This document shows positions 12,628 to 24,381 of a DNA stretch of 64,000 nucleotides, one piece after another. A program made the position numbers and the translations under genes. Every line of letters starts with the position of its first letter. Positions within the stretch are counted from its first letter, which is position 1. Origin of the DNA: Atractiella rhizophila (lineage: Eukaryota); assembly GCA_021432655.1 (NCBI GenBank), contig MU271284.1, positions 1 through 64,000 on the forward strand, read 5' to 3'. The notes under the pieces were generated by a model. That model did not search any database. It was given only the letters and a program-made list of their open reading frames with translations, and was not told the origin of the DNA.

Positions 12628-15600
12628 TTAAATTACAATTTTTGTTTTCTTTCTGCCAAAAAAGTGTTGATTTTCTCTAGTAATTCAGCGTCTGTCGATT
12701 CATCAGTACCGAAATGTTTGGGAGCTGCTGAAACGTACTTGGAATGACTTGTTCGATCTTGAGTGGTTGTCGGTTAAACGGATCCGTTGGATCGCTGAGC
12801 AGATGTTGCTTGATTGTGCTGCGATCGACCACTGCTTTCGAGCCAGGCAGAGTGACTGGATCACGCATAACCACGTAGGTGAGGGGATCTGTATCTTCGT
12901 CAGTGGGCAACACGGCGGTGGTGGTGGGAGACATACCGAGGAACTCGTCAGGATAATCTCCCATCTCCTCATCCGCCGCTTCTTGTGCTCGGATGTCCTC
13001 CACCTGTGACACCAATTTTCGCAGGATTTGCAAATCTTCTTCACTCTTGATCGCTTTTTTTCGGCATATCTCCTCTGCTCTCTCAAACAGACCTTTCGAA
13101 TAACTTCTTCCATCTCTCGAAATTGCCTGAACAAACTCCGGGGCCTTGGCGAGATTGACGTAGACGGAAAGAATATCGTCAAGCAGCTGCTTTGGACGGA
13201 AACGATACCGCTCCTTGTCCGAGACAGAGAGAGTCTGACATTTAGGTCCAGCGAGGACGTCGAGGTTGAAATCCAGCATGGCAGCAAGCCGGTCTACAAT
13301 CTCCGGAGTAAGGAACGGTGCCTTCGTCTCAGCTGTGAAGGCCTTCAGCGTGTGAAGGTTCTCATTGCACAAATCCAGATAGCCTTTGGCGCGACTTTCG
13401 GATTCACCAAACCCTCGTTCTGCATCCTCTCGCTCCTCGTTTGTCAGCGCTTCCCACTCCGCGGTACGTGCTTTTCGCTTCTCAAATTCGTAAATCTTCG
13501 CCAGATGCGATAGCGACTCGTCCAAGACGTACGTTGTGTCGTTCATCATGAGATTCACAAAGCGTACAAAGTGCTCGAGATTCCTGGTCATATTTCAGCA
13601 AAGTCACCTGGATGAGAAGCAGTCCCACTTGGTCTCCTCCCTAAGAGCCTCTCGATGGGTGGGATTATCCCAAAGGAATCTGAAAATTTGTGAAATGCTG
13701 TTGGAAATGAATCAGTGGTAGATCAGTCAAAGAAGAAGCTATAAGACTTGCTGGAAACGGGTATTGAACTTGTCATAGAACTGACTGTGCGAACCGGTGG
13801 TTTCGATATCAATATAGATGGTTATGAGACCCGAGGAAAGGTATTTCAGTGCCATGGGATTATAGTTAATCGCGTCTCCGAAGGTTCCACGTCGATAACC
13901 AGGAATCGGTTGACATGTGAGATAAATGACCTGAAAACACTCTTTAAATGGAACTCTCGCAAGATGGACTATCCTACTTCAACGAGCTGTCCTCGAAGAT
14001 ACGGATTCTTGATGTATTCAGGTCCGCTCGCCAGAAAGACAAGGATGAAAGTAAGCAGCTCATCCTTCGTTTGGTTCGCCAACACTTGAGGGGCATGATT
14101 AGAAACGAAAGGGAAGAACTCTGCTATATCCTCCAGAATGTATTCGGGGAGCATCCTAAACTTTGCTGGCGCGTCCACTGGCAATGGCAACCTATAACCT
14201 TCTCATCAACCAATGCGATCAGTTTACAAAGGTCTAAAGGTTTACGTGATTTGAGGATTTGGGTGCTTCCCCTTCGGGTCCACCAGCCTGACCAACCAAG
14301 TCATTGCGAGATTCAAGAACCCGATTGTCTTTGCCAAAAATTCAGGATGAAGAAGTTGGGCCTCCATCGCCATCAGAAAGCTCTCTAACTGATCCTTTTG
14401 GCTCTTTAACCTTTCCAAACTAACGCGCATCACAGGTTCTTGAGGTGTCCCTCTCCAACTGGATTCCTCCCTCTGTGCTCGATCGTACTCTCGAGCGAGG
14501 TCAGAACGCCGCCTTGAATATCGCTTGAAAGTGCCGATCGTCTTCATGAGCCCGAGATGCATGAAGGAGCAAGTGAGGAAGAAAACATCAGAGATGAAAT
14601 TGGGTGATGGGACTGTGTAAACAACTTCCGTCAGCAATATTTCCAGGTGTAAAGAGGAGGACGAACTTGATGAAGGATCCGTGACGGCGTAGTACTCCTT
14701 TGCCTCCTCACTCGTCGCATTTATCTTGGTCTCTTCATCGAGATTCAACCTCTTCCCTCCCTTGAAATAGAGCGGATCGATCTTGTCCACCTATGCAGAA
14801 CTTTCAGTCGTCGCACGGATCGTTAGAGAGAGTCCAAGCGAGCCTTTGAATATTGCGGATCAATGATAGGTCCAGCAAACCCTAACAACACGGCCAGGAT
14901 ATTAACCATGAACCCGTCGCTTGAGACCGTCCTCGGATCCACCTATCATCCCGATTCTCATCAGCTACGCACTCATCTCGTTTGAAGAAGGAAGAAAAGA
15001 ACGCACATAAGCACCAGCTCGTTTTTCATTCAGCCTCAAGACCGCACACCAATAATTTATCACATGTTCTCTCGCTTTCGGTCCACTCCGTACTATGTTG
15101 TTTGTGATAGTGAACAAACTATTCTGTGCATTTTAAAGAGCTCATCAGCTCGGCGCAAGCTCAAAAGGAAGGAAATAGAATAGAACAAACGAACCTGCAC
15201 ACTAGTACTCGTGCCCCTCAGCCCAGCGAAAGCCGAATGTATATCACCAGGGTTCATATTCGACGGCTGAGGAAAGAAGGTGGATGCGTTTTGCGGCTAC
15301 ATCAGGCACCAAAATACTGTCAGCGAGTGCCATGGCAGACCACAACAAGAAGGGAGGGTACCTTTTTATCCGGGAACGTGGAGAGGCCAAAAAAGAGTCC
15401 GAGAGGTGGACAGACCTCCAGAAGTTGTGGACGACCAGCTGGGATCTGTTTCAGTCCCTCCTCGAGCAGTTCTGCTATCTGTAATCGTTGAGAAACGCAT
15501 CATTCTCTGCCTCCCACAGGAAAGGAATACGTACAGCTGCAGCTACACCTTTGATCTCACTGAGGAGCACCATCGCCTCGATGAACCGCCTCCATTCGAG

Positions 15601-17048
15601 TCCGGTAAGATCTCCATTCTGTCCACTCGCCAACCGAGTGTTCAGCTCTCTCACCAATGGCGAGATGATCGGTGATATCTCTTCCGCTCGTTCTTTGGAG
15701 GTAAGGTATGCCGTGAAGTCGGAAAGGAAGGGGTTCAAGCTGTCTTTGGTCAAAGCGGATGATGACGGTTCGGCGAGCAGGAGGGGAAGGAACTCGAGGA
15801 TGCCAACCACCTTTCTACTTCAATGGTCAGGGATTTTGGGAAGATGAGGATCGCAGGACATACCCGCTTGGTTGTGGGAGCATCTCGGGTTCTGTCATGC
15901 TCAGTGCTGCATAGGAGAGCACCATCCCTTTGAGTTCGTCCAAAATCTTACTCCTCTCCTGAAACTCTGTGGGGTCTGCGTTCTGTCATCCGAAGTCGGA
16001 AAGATAAATCAGATACCTATAAATGTGCTTTGTAGCATGGATATGACATACCCGATAGCGAGCATGGTCCTTCTGCCCTTCGCGGACGCGCATCCAACAT
16101 CCAACCAAGTAATCAAGCACTGTCTTGCCTTCGTTGATTGGGAGGGAAGCAAGGACTTGGAGCACTTCCGGATCGTCTGTCATACTATCCGGGGATAAAG
16201 AGAGGCGGGAAAAGAGTATTCGACTGTTGCAACAATCAGCTATTCCCATTTATAGACAGATGGGCTACATACTCGGCTGAGTCAATGTTGAGCAAGAAAG
16301 ATGGATTACCTGTATTCACTTGTTAGGGAAGAAAGGAAGAAGGGGAGAAGGGAAATGGACGCACCGACGTTCTCCTCTGTCAGCTCCTCTCCCAGCTCTT
16401 TCATCCACACAATCTCCCAGTTGCTCTTCTCAGCCTTTTCGCGCTGCAGCGAAGCAACAGCGACACCAACGGCACTTTGAATGGCAGTCCTCAAGGGAGA
16501 TGAAGGACATACATCGAACGTAATCTGGAACACATGCTGGATCAAAGTGTCTTGCCACTTCTGCAAGCTGAGTGGAAACTTTGTGGGACCCGTGCTCGTG
16601 GCCGATGGTGCAGGTCTTGCTGACGCAGAAGCAGCGGTTGAAGAAGTGGTGGATGGAGTCGATACAGGAGCAGTAGGCTTCCTCTATTCATATACAGCTC
16701 ATTACAACACCACCCTTCACAGTTTAAGGAAAAAGCGCACCAGTTTCGCCTCTTCCGAAGGAGCTGGAGGAGCTTTAGTCTTCGGTGGTACGCCATTGCC
16801 ACCACCAGCACCAAGTCCAACGCGAGCAGATGAGGTAGAAGTAGAGGCCGGTCCAGGAGCAGGAGAAGGGGTAGGAGATACCCACTGAGCAGGGGTACTG
16901 GCTGCAGATTGGAGTTTCGCAAGTCGCTTGAGGCGGATCTGGACGATCAACGACTCGTCAGCTCCGAAGCGCAAAGACGCGAAACGAGGAGAGAATGGCG
17001 CACCTTGTCCGCGTCGCTTTGGGGTGAAGGATCGCTGGGATTACTCAT
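12628..17048 (-). CDS. UFD2: U-box E4 ubiquitin chain elongation factor Ufd2
   Basis: [52 protein letters not shown] and the U-box [48 protein letters not shown]. Confidence 0.95.
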
Positions 17049-17183
17049 TGGAATATGTGCGACTCTTGGGAGTATTGCAAGCAACCACGAAGAGGAAAAG
17101 AGTTGACTCGCCTGATCGAAGAAGCAGTGATAAAGTCCTCTTCTTATTGTCTTAGGGTAGAGTACAGTGCCTCGGATAAGGTC

Positions 17184-17268
17184 GCCCGCGTGGCTCAGTG
17201 GTAAAGCGTGGCTCTCGTAATATTATGAGTTCAAGCTAAGATCGAGTGTTCGATTCACTCCGTGGGCA
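17184..17268 (+). tRNA. tRNA-Thr(CGT) with a 13-nt intron
   Basis: Acceptor stem GCCCGCG/CGTGGGC, D-arm TGGCTCAGTGGTAAAGC, anticodon stem TGGCT/AGCTA, anticodon CGT at 17216-17218, intron 17220-17232 after A37, T-arm GAGTG-TTCGATT-CACTC. Downstream T-runs fit a Pol III terminator. Confidence 0.9.
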
Positions 17269-17530
17269 ATACTTTTTAGCCTTTACATTTTTTTTGCCTC
17301 AATCTTGGCCAGTTGGCCACGAGGGAGTGCGTTGGAGGGAGCAGCAATCTTTATTAGGCTCCTGTCATTCCATTTTACTCTGCTGTAACAGTGTAGACCT
17401 CATGGGAGCGAGAAGTCCAGAATACGAAACGCGACTATCTATATCAACATTCTCTCCTCTTGGATCGCAAACCGAGTCCACAACACGGTGTATGGAGAGG
17501 CTTGGAGTGACTAAACATGAATCGAAAGGC

Positions 17531-18983
17531 TCAGCTGAGCCATACACTCTGAACATTGGAATCTTGCAAGCCAACACGATTCATAACGGCGTTCAAGCCT
17601 TCAAACTCTTATCAGCAACGCAGTTGCAGGGGAGATCAGAAGACGTACGGGACTTCTCCCCCTCACTCAGGAACATCTGCACGAAATTAAATCTCTTTGT
17701 TTTCGGAAGTTCCTTCAGAATTTCGTTAATGTGGACGTAGTAAATTTCGGCATCATCTTGCTGCAACCTAAGAATCCATCTGGTTCACTTCGATTCCCAA
17801 ACTTGAGAGCAGAAGGAAGAGCGTACCCGAACTCTACTGCTGCTAGAAGTTCTCCTATTGTTTCTGCCTCCAACGAATCTCCAAAGATATTCGGTAGGCT
17901 CGCAGGGGGAAGATTTCTGAGGACATTCCATCGATGCGGAATCTCTTTGGAAGTCGGCGATCCACGTAGAGCGTTCCACTTCCTATCGAACTCAGAAGCA
18001 GAAAGGGGAACGAGTTTGCGCTCCGTTCCTGAACCGTTCAGGTTTGGCGCCATCGTAGGTTCAGCTGAAGAGATGGCAGCAGATGACGATGCAGGGATCG
18101 AGGATGTAAGAGGGATTAAATGACTTTTCTCCCTCGCTTCCATCTTCTTCGTCCTCTCCGCCTTCGCAGCTGCGAAACTCTTCTTCCCACCACCTCCCTC
18201 TTGGTCTTTCCCCTTCTCCTTGGTCGCAGGAGCAGGAGCGAAGCGTCGAGTCGTTGCCTCTTTCAAGCCTATATCACTGTCCGGCTCAAAGGCTACTGCC
18301 GCTTTTAGTCGAGACGTCGAAGGAGAAGAAGTTGTGTCGTTTGCAGCAGCCGATGCAGGTGGCGGTAATTCCGCAGGAGAGTTTGGTGGAGTTGGTCGAA
18401 GAGAAGAAGTAGTGGCAGTGGCTGCTGCTTTTTGGCGCTTTGCTGAAACGAGCGTGCTCACAGACTCAATCTCAGCGATTATCGTCGCGTTCTTAGGCTC
18501 TAGTTTCCGGGCCGCTTCAAGGTCTACACTTTCCTCATCCTCAGCCATATCATCACCAAATGAACAAGGTTAGGCGGGAACGTACCTTTTAAGGCACTAG
18601 GATAGTCCTCGCCAATTCCCTTTTTCGCAAGCCCACGACGAAAGAGAGCCTTTGAGTTATTATCTTTCAGTTTTAATGATGTATCACAGTCCCTTGATGC
18701 ATCGTGAAACCTGTACCAAGCTTAACCTCAGTTATTCGTAGAGCACTAAGCAAGGAACAAGCACTTGTTGAGTTTAAGATATGCCATAGCACGGTTCAGT
18801 GGATACGTTGCCTCTTTTGGGTCTAGTTGCATCGCACGCGTGTAGTGACCAATAGAGAGAGGATAATCCCCTTTCTTGAACGCTTCCTTGCCCTGCATAT
18901 ATCAGTCAAGCACTTGCCAAGGAGCAAACAAGGTGACATACTTTTTCTTTCTCACTTTGAGCGGTGGAGGTTGGTGTGGCCAT
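17531..18983 (-). CDS. TPR co-chaperone with a C-terminal RPAP3_C-like domain (RPAP3/SPAG1-like)
   Basis: TPR clamp-type motifs (GKEAFKKGDYPLSIGHYTRAMQLDP, YPLNRAMAYLKL, KALFRRGLAK, LEPKNATI) and C-terminal SASEFDRKW...LPPASLPNIFGDSLEAETIGELL...RFNFVQMFLS. The last exon was inferred by eye. Confidence 0.75.
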
Positions 18984-19825
18984 GGTGTATGGTTGTGTAT
19001 GCCGCTACTGCTACTTTTGTGTTAGGAGAGTCAGTGCCGTCCACATGTTTGTATAAAGAATGCTTTGATGCCTGGAAATCCATCCCAGAGGCTCAGAAGT
19101 GTTATTTTGTTTAAAATGACCCAATTATGAAACATAGTAGAATATTCACCTGCTCCAGAACAATTTAAACAAACTCCACTGAAGTTGCAGTAAGGGCTTG
19201 GTTGTTCATGGATTCTACCTCCTTTGAGTAACATGAAAGGGTGCTAAACTGCAAAGCCAAAACATCATCTACTGCGTATCAACGAACGAGCTGAAGTAAA
19301 ATTTAAACCTAACATGGAATACACGTATTTGTCTTTTATTACAGCGCTTCCTATGATCACAATCACCACAACAAACCCTGCCTTCTGCACTAGTGGATGA
19401 GATAATCAAAGCATAACATCGAGAAGCCCTTTAATAAGTCCCAGAGCTCATTTATTCAAAAATTCCTAGTCTGAAAGGCCTTTCAAAGTAACGGGTCAGA
19501 CAATGATTTCAAGGAGGCAACTGTCCTCCCAAAAAAAAGCAAAGTTTGTAGAAAACTCAGCGTCTGTACGCACCTCGCTGACCAAATCCTACGCGTTATA
19601 ATTGATTTCTAAATCTCTGATAAGGATTTTATGGCAACCACAACCTTCTCTTCTTCAAGCCTGGTTTCTTGGTTCGGTGTGGTAGTTGGCCCTTCCGACA
19701 AACCCTGCAGCTCATCAGTGCACCTCAACTCCTGAGTGTGCTTTCAAGCTGCAAATCCGTTTCTTCAGGTAATTCTCTTCTACAATTCTGGGCCATTGTT
19801 TCCTGACACTATAGCAGACGATAGG

Positions 19826-21769
19826 ATGTCACCCGACCCCAGAGTTACTGATCGAGAAGCGGCAGCGTGAGTTCCCAGCCATCTCTTGAGCCCTCAACTT
19901 CAGCTTCTTGGGTGCTAGAATCAACGCTGCTGCTGCAGTAAGGCGCTACGATGTGCACCCACGACTGACCTACAAGACCGTTTCGTCTATCAATGGTCCT
20001 TTGGTAGTGTTGGACAACGTCAAATTTCCCTCCTATAACGAAATCGTCACTCTCACCCTCCCCGATGGAAGCGTTCGTCAAGGCCAGATTCTGGAGGTTA
20101 CTGGAAAGAAGGCGGTGGTACAGGTATTTGAGGGGACTAGCGGAGTTGATGTGAAGGACACGAAGGTGGAATTCAGTGGCAGCTCCATGAGACTGCCAGT
20201 CAGTGAGGACATGTTGGGAAGGATCTTTAACGGGTCGGGAAACGCAATTGATCGTGGACCAAAAGTCTTTGCGGAAGACTATTTAGATATCAATGGTGCG
20301 ATCATTCACTTGCTTGCCTTCGCGGATGTGGAACATGGGTTGAACATTTGTGTGATTGGTATGGTGCAGGATCCCCCATCAACCCGTATTCGAGGATTTA
20401 TCCTGAAGAAATGATCCAAACGGGAATCTCCACCATCGACACCATGAACGCGATTGCTCGCGGCCAAAAGATCCCCATCTTCTCAGCCGCAGGTCTCCCG
20501 CACAACGAAGTCGCGGCTCAAATCTGTCGACAAGCTGGATTGGTCAAGAAGGCGGGCAAGGGAATTCACGACATGCACGAGGACAACTTCTCCATCGTTT
20601 TCGGAGCCATGGGTGTGAACATGGAAACTGCTAGGTTCTTTAGGCAGGATTTCGAGGAGAATGGAAGTTTGGACAGGGTCACTTTGTTCATGAATCATGC
20701 GAACGACCCGACGTATGTAGCTTCATTCTCTTCCCTTTCAAAAATGGACGGATCGCTGAGGAATTGTATTGTAGCATCGAACGTATCATTACCCCTCGTC
20801 TTGCTCTCACTACGGCTGAATATTACGCTTATCAACTGGAGAAGCATGTTCTTGTCATTCTCACCGATATGTCTTCTTATGCCGACGCTTTACGAGAGGT
20901 TTGTCCTCCACTCTGACACAAATTTGCGCTATTTTCCATTCTAAGTATGCATACACTGGGTAGGTCTCAGCTGCGCGAGAGGAAGTGCCTGGACGACGAG
21001 GATATCCAGGATACATGTACACTGATTTATCAACGATCTATGAGCGTGCCGGTCGAGTGGAAGGGCGGAATGGGTCCATCACCCAAATCCCCATCCTGAC
21101 CATGCCCAACGACGACATGACGCATCCTATTCCGGATTTGACGGGTTATATCACCGAAGGACAGATCTTCGTCGACAGACAACTGCATCAGAAACAGATC
21201 TACCCTCCCATCAACGTCCTCCCATCTTTGTCTAGGCTTATGAAGTCCGCCGTGGGTGAGAAACTGACGAGGAACGACCATGGCGATGTTTCCAATCAGC
21301 TCTATGCTAAGTACGCCATCGGGAAAGACGCGTCCAGCATGAAGGCCGTCGTCGGTGAAGAGGCACTTTCGAGCGAGGAGAAGCTCGCTCTTGAGTTCTT
21401 GGATAAGTGCGTTCCTCGTATCCCCCTCCATTTTCCACAGAGAATATTGAACTTTGGTCAATCGATGACAGGTTCGAGAACACCTTCGTCAACCAGGGTC
21501 CTAACGAGAATCGCGACATCTTCAACTCGCTAGACATCGCCTGGTCCCTCCTTAGGATTTTCCCAAGAGAACAATTGAATGTCTGTATCCGATTCTATTG
21601 CTTCCACTCGATCCTCTCTCTTCTGCCTATTCCTCTAAACATGGCTGACTTGGGTTCATCTGGACAGCGTATACCCGCCAAAATCCTGGATCAATACTAC
21701 TCCCGAAAGTCGACACTGCGTCAAGGAGGTGACAGTAACACTAAAGACACGAAAGATAACACGAAATGA
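19826..21769 (+). CDS. VMA2: Vacuolar H+-ATPase subunit B
   Basis: [71 protein letters not shown] and [14 protein letters not shown]. Confidence 0.97.
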
Positions 21770-22104
21770 GCTCTCTGGCTTCCTTTGAGATCGACTGATG
21801 CTCCAGCATTCTGAATTAGCCCACATAGAACAACTTGTTCTTACATTTGTATATTCTCATCTGAACCTGACGCTGTGACAAGGCAATGAAAGAATAATCA
21901 ATTTCGTTTTACAGATATTGATTGCAAAGTGGAAGAAAGGATGATTTTGCACAAAAAGGTATCGACACATACTGAGAACACATTGCGATATTTGCTAATG
22001 GCACAACAAGCTACTCCTCTAAAAACAAATCCAGAAATCCAAATATGTACTGAACTAAACGCACTCTCCAGATCAAGCATAGTCCGCGGATCAATCGTCA
22101 ATCG

Positions 22105-23155
22105 TCACTTGACCTTCTTAATCGTAAAAACCGCCACTCTGCCATCTTGTTCAATCCCATGATTGATACCTACACGGAAGACCAAACATGTCAGTTGCCT
22201 TCCTCTCACATCCCTCCGTTCTCTATCCTGGAACCAAAGGCAATGGCTTACCATCCTTCCCTGGCGGTATCAATCCCTCGGCGTATTCCACAGTAGTCTT
22301 CCAACACGAACCTTTCCAACAGCTTCCCCTGACTGCCGCATTAACGATCAAATTTCTTCCTGTATCGTACCCATTGGGAACGATCTTATGATATTTCGAT
22401 GCATCCTTCTCTTTAGAAGCAGCAATGAACCAAGCCCCCGAATTAGCTTCAGTCCCGTTTTGCCTCCACGCGCGGAAGTGGTTGCCTCCTATATTCGAAG
22501 TAAGTGGAAGTTTAAGAGCACAGGAGCGGTGAGTAAGACGATGGACTAACCAATAGCACTCTCAATACAAGTACCGAAGAGGGGAATGTACGATTGTCGC
22601 AACTCGTACATCTCGTCCAACCACCCCTGACCGTCGCCTAAATTTGCCTGTTCTGCTCCAGGAACCTCGTCAGCTGTGCACCTACAATTTGGTAGAGAAT
22701 AAACGTACGGAAAGCTCCACGATGCATGCCTAGGCATTCAGGCGCAAAACGAATGGATCTTGCCCAGGCTAACATGCCTTTGTCGGTGAGGATGTCGGGA
22801 GAGGAATGACCAGATATTATTATCTGAAAACAATATCACTACTCGTAGTGCTGTTAGGAAGTGATGGCAGAGATCATTTACGTTCAAGGGTTCCCCCAGA
22901 TCTCTCTCCCAAGACATAGCCTTCAAAAATCCTCAATCCCATATCCAACAAAGAAGCAGAGAAACGAACAGTGGTACATCTTCCCCCGAGCTCTCCAGGA
23001 TCAAAAAATCCTTTCACTCCATGTGTCCGTGAAGCTTCAATCCACCCGTCCTCGATCACAAGTTGACTGTTATCATAAGCATTGCCGGCCTTAATCGGCG
23101 TGCAGAACGTGCTCAGGGGTAACGTGAGGATAGCAAGCAAGGCGGAAAACGCCAT
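22105..23155 (-). CDS. Putative secreted protein of unknown function
   Basis: Signal-peptide-like MAFSALLAILTLPLSTFC. Spliced exons give GEPLNV, CLGMH, QANLGDGQGW, FGTCIES, GGNHFRAWRQNG, HKIVPNGYDTGR and GINHGIEQDGRVAVFT. TGA at 22105. Confidence 0.7.
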
Positions 23156-23639
23156 GACCCTAGTCGTGAAAGTCGTTATGAGCACTACTTCTGAGCGCTG
23201 AGTATCGTATCCTAGCTAGTTTGGGCAAGTTCTTGGGGGATAGGGGCAAAAGAGAGTTGGTCGAAATTTTTGGCGACGCAACGCGCGATCTCAGCTGCCA
23301 GATGACGACCAGGTGACTTCGAATTCAAAGGCGTAAATAGAAAGCCGTAGCTCATATGGCATAGGAATACTCCCTGTGTGATCTTGAAAACGAGATATGG
23401 TAGTGCGCTGATAGCGCCGCTCGTAAGCTCTTTATTTTGCGTGCGAGACGAGATGTCGATTGGCTTGACGCATAATGGCTTGCGGCGACTTACAGTTACG
23501 CTAGGTAGGTATGTAAATAACAGGGGATCTCAAGACTTTTGAAGACTTCGAGACGTAGTCTAATGCTGCCGTGAACTCAAAATACTCCACGTCCTACAGA
23601 TTTTCCGCATACAGGTACATAGCTTTCAGGGCTAACTGT

Positions 23640-24241
23640 CTGCTAATGTGAATTGCTTTCGCTGCTGAGTAAAAGGGGAATGGTTGATCTTTTCTGAGCC
23701 TTCCGTTGTGACAAGGATCCTCATGCTGGTAATCGTTTAATACTCAGGCTGCATAGAGATAATCAAGGTCCTGGGATCACATTTTCCAGAGAGAGCCTAC
23801 TTCAGTTTTCTTGACAGAAAGGATTTGCACTTAAATGACTCCTGTAACCACAGCGACTGACAAATCTCCAGCTTGATGAAGGTAGGTGGTAATGAAGAAT
23901 GAAAGGCCAGAGTCACTCCTGGAAATCTTAAATCCCTCTCTTTGTCCATCCAACAACCATTTCTTAAATACCAAAAGGAAGAGCCGCTCAGAGACAGGTA
24001 GTTCTCGGAAATCCATTCTATACTTTGACCCAGATGGCTTTAGGTGAACTGAGAGCTGGACGACAATGGAAGACATCTTCCAACAAAGCGAAAGTGTGCC
24101 CAATTCAAAAACGATCAAGACAATAGTCAGGACGAGATGCTGAGCATAATTACAGTCATGCGATTGCGACTCAGCAACTGTCAGTAACACCAGCGGTTTC
24201 TTGTGAGACTTATCTTCGACGTTACGTTTGTAAACAACCAA
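23640..24241 (-). pseudogene. Decayed, CpG-depleted coding relic
   Basis: ORF 23831-24241 continues in frame through TAA, TGA and TGA (VQILSVKKTEVGSLWKM*SQDLDYLYAA*VLND). CG dinucleotides are visibly rare. Confidence 0.35.
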
Positions 24242-24381
24242 GCACTGCGGTTCCGTCAGTTTCTACCACAGCACGCGACCATTACTCCCGCTTTCCTTGT
24301 CTTTCCTCAGCCTCAGCGTCACGACAGTTTGTAGCTTTCTGTATAGACGTGGCTATACGCTCAAGCTGTCCGTGGACCATA

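Noticed and set aside
13028..16888. Many plus-strand ORFs of 100-160 aa
   Set aside because: They are antisense shadows of UFD2 exons with no motifs of their own. The same applies to ORFs opposite the transcription factor, IML1, TBCD and the Pro-rich gene.
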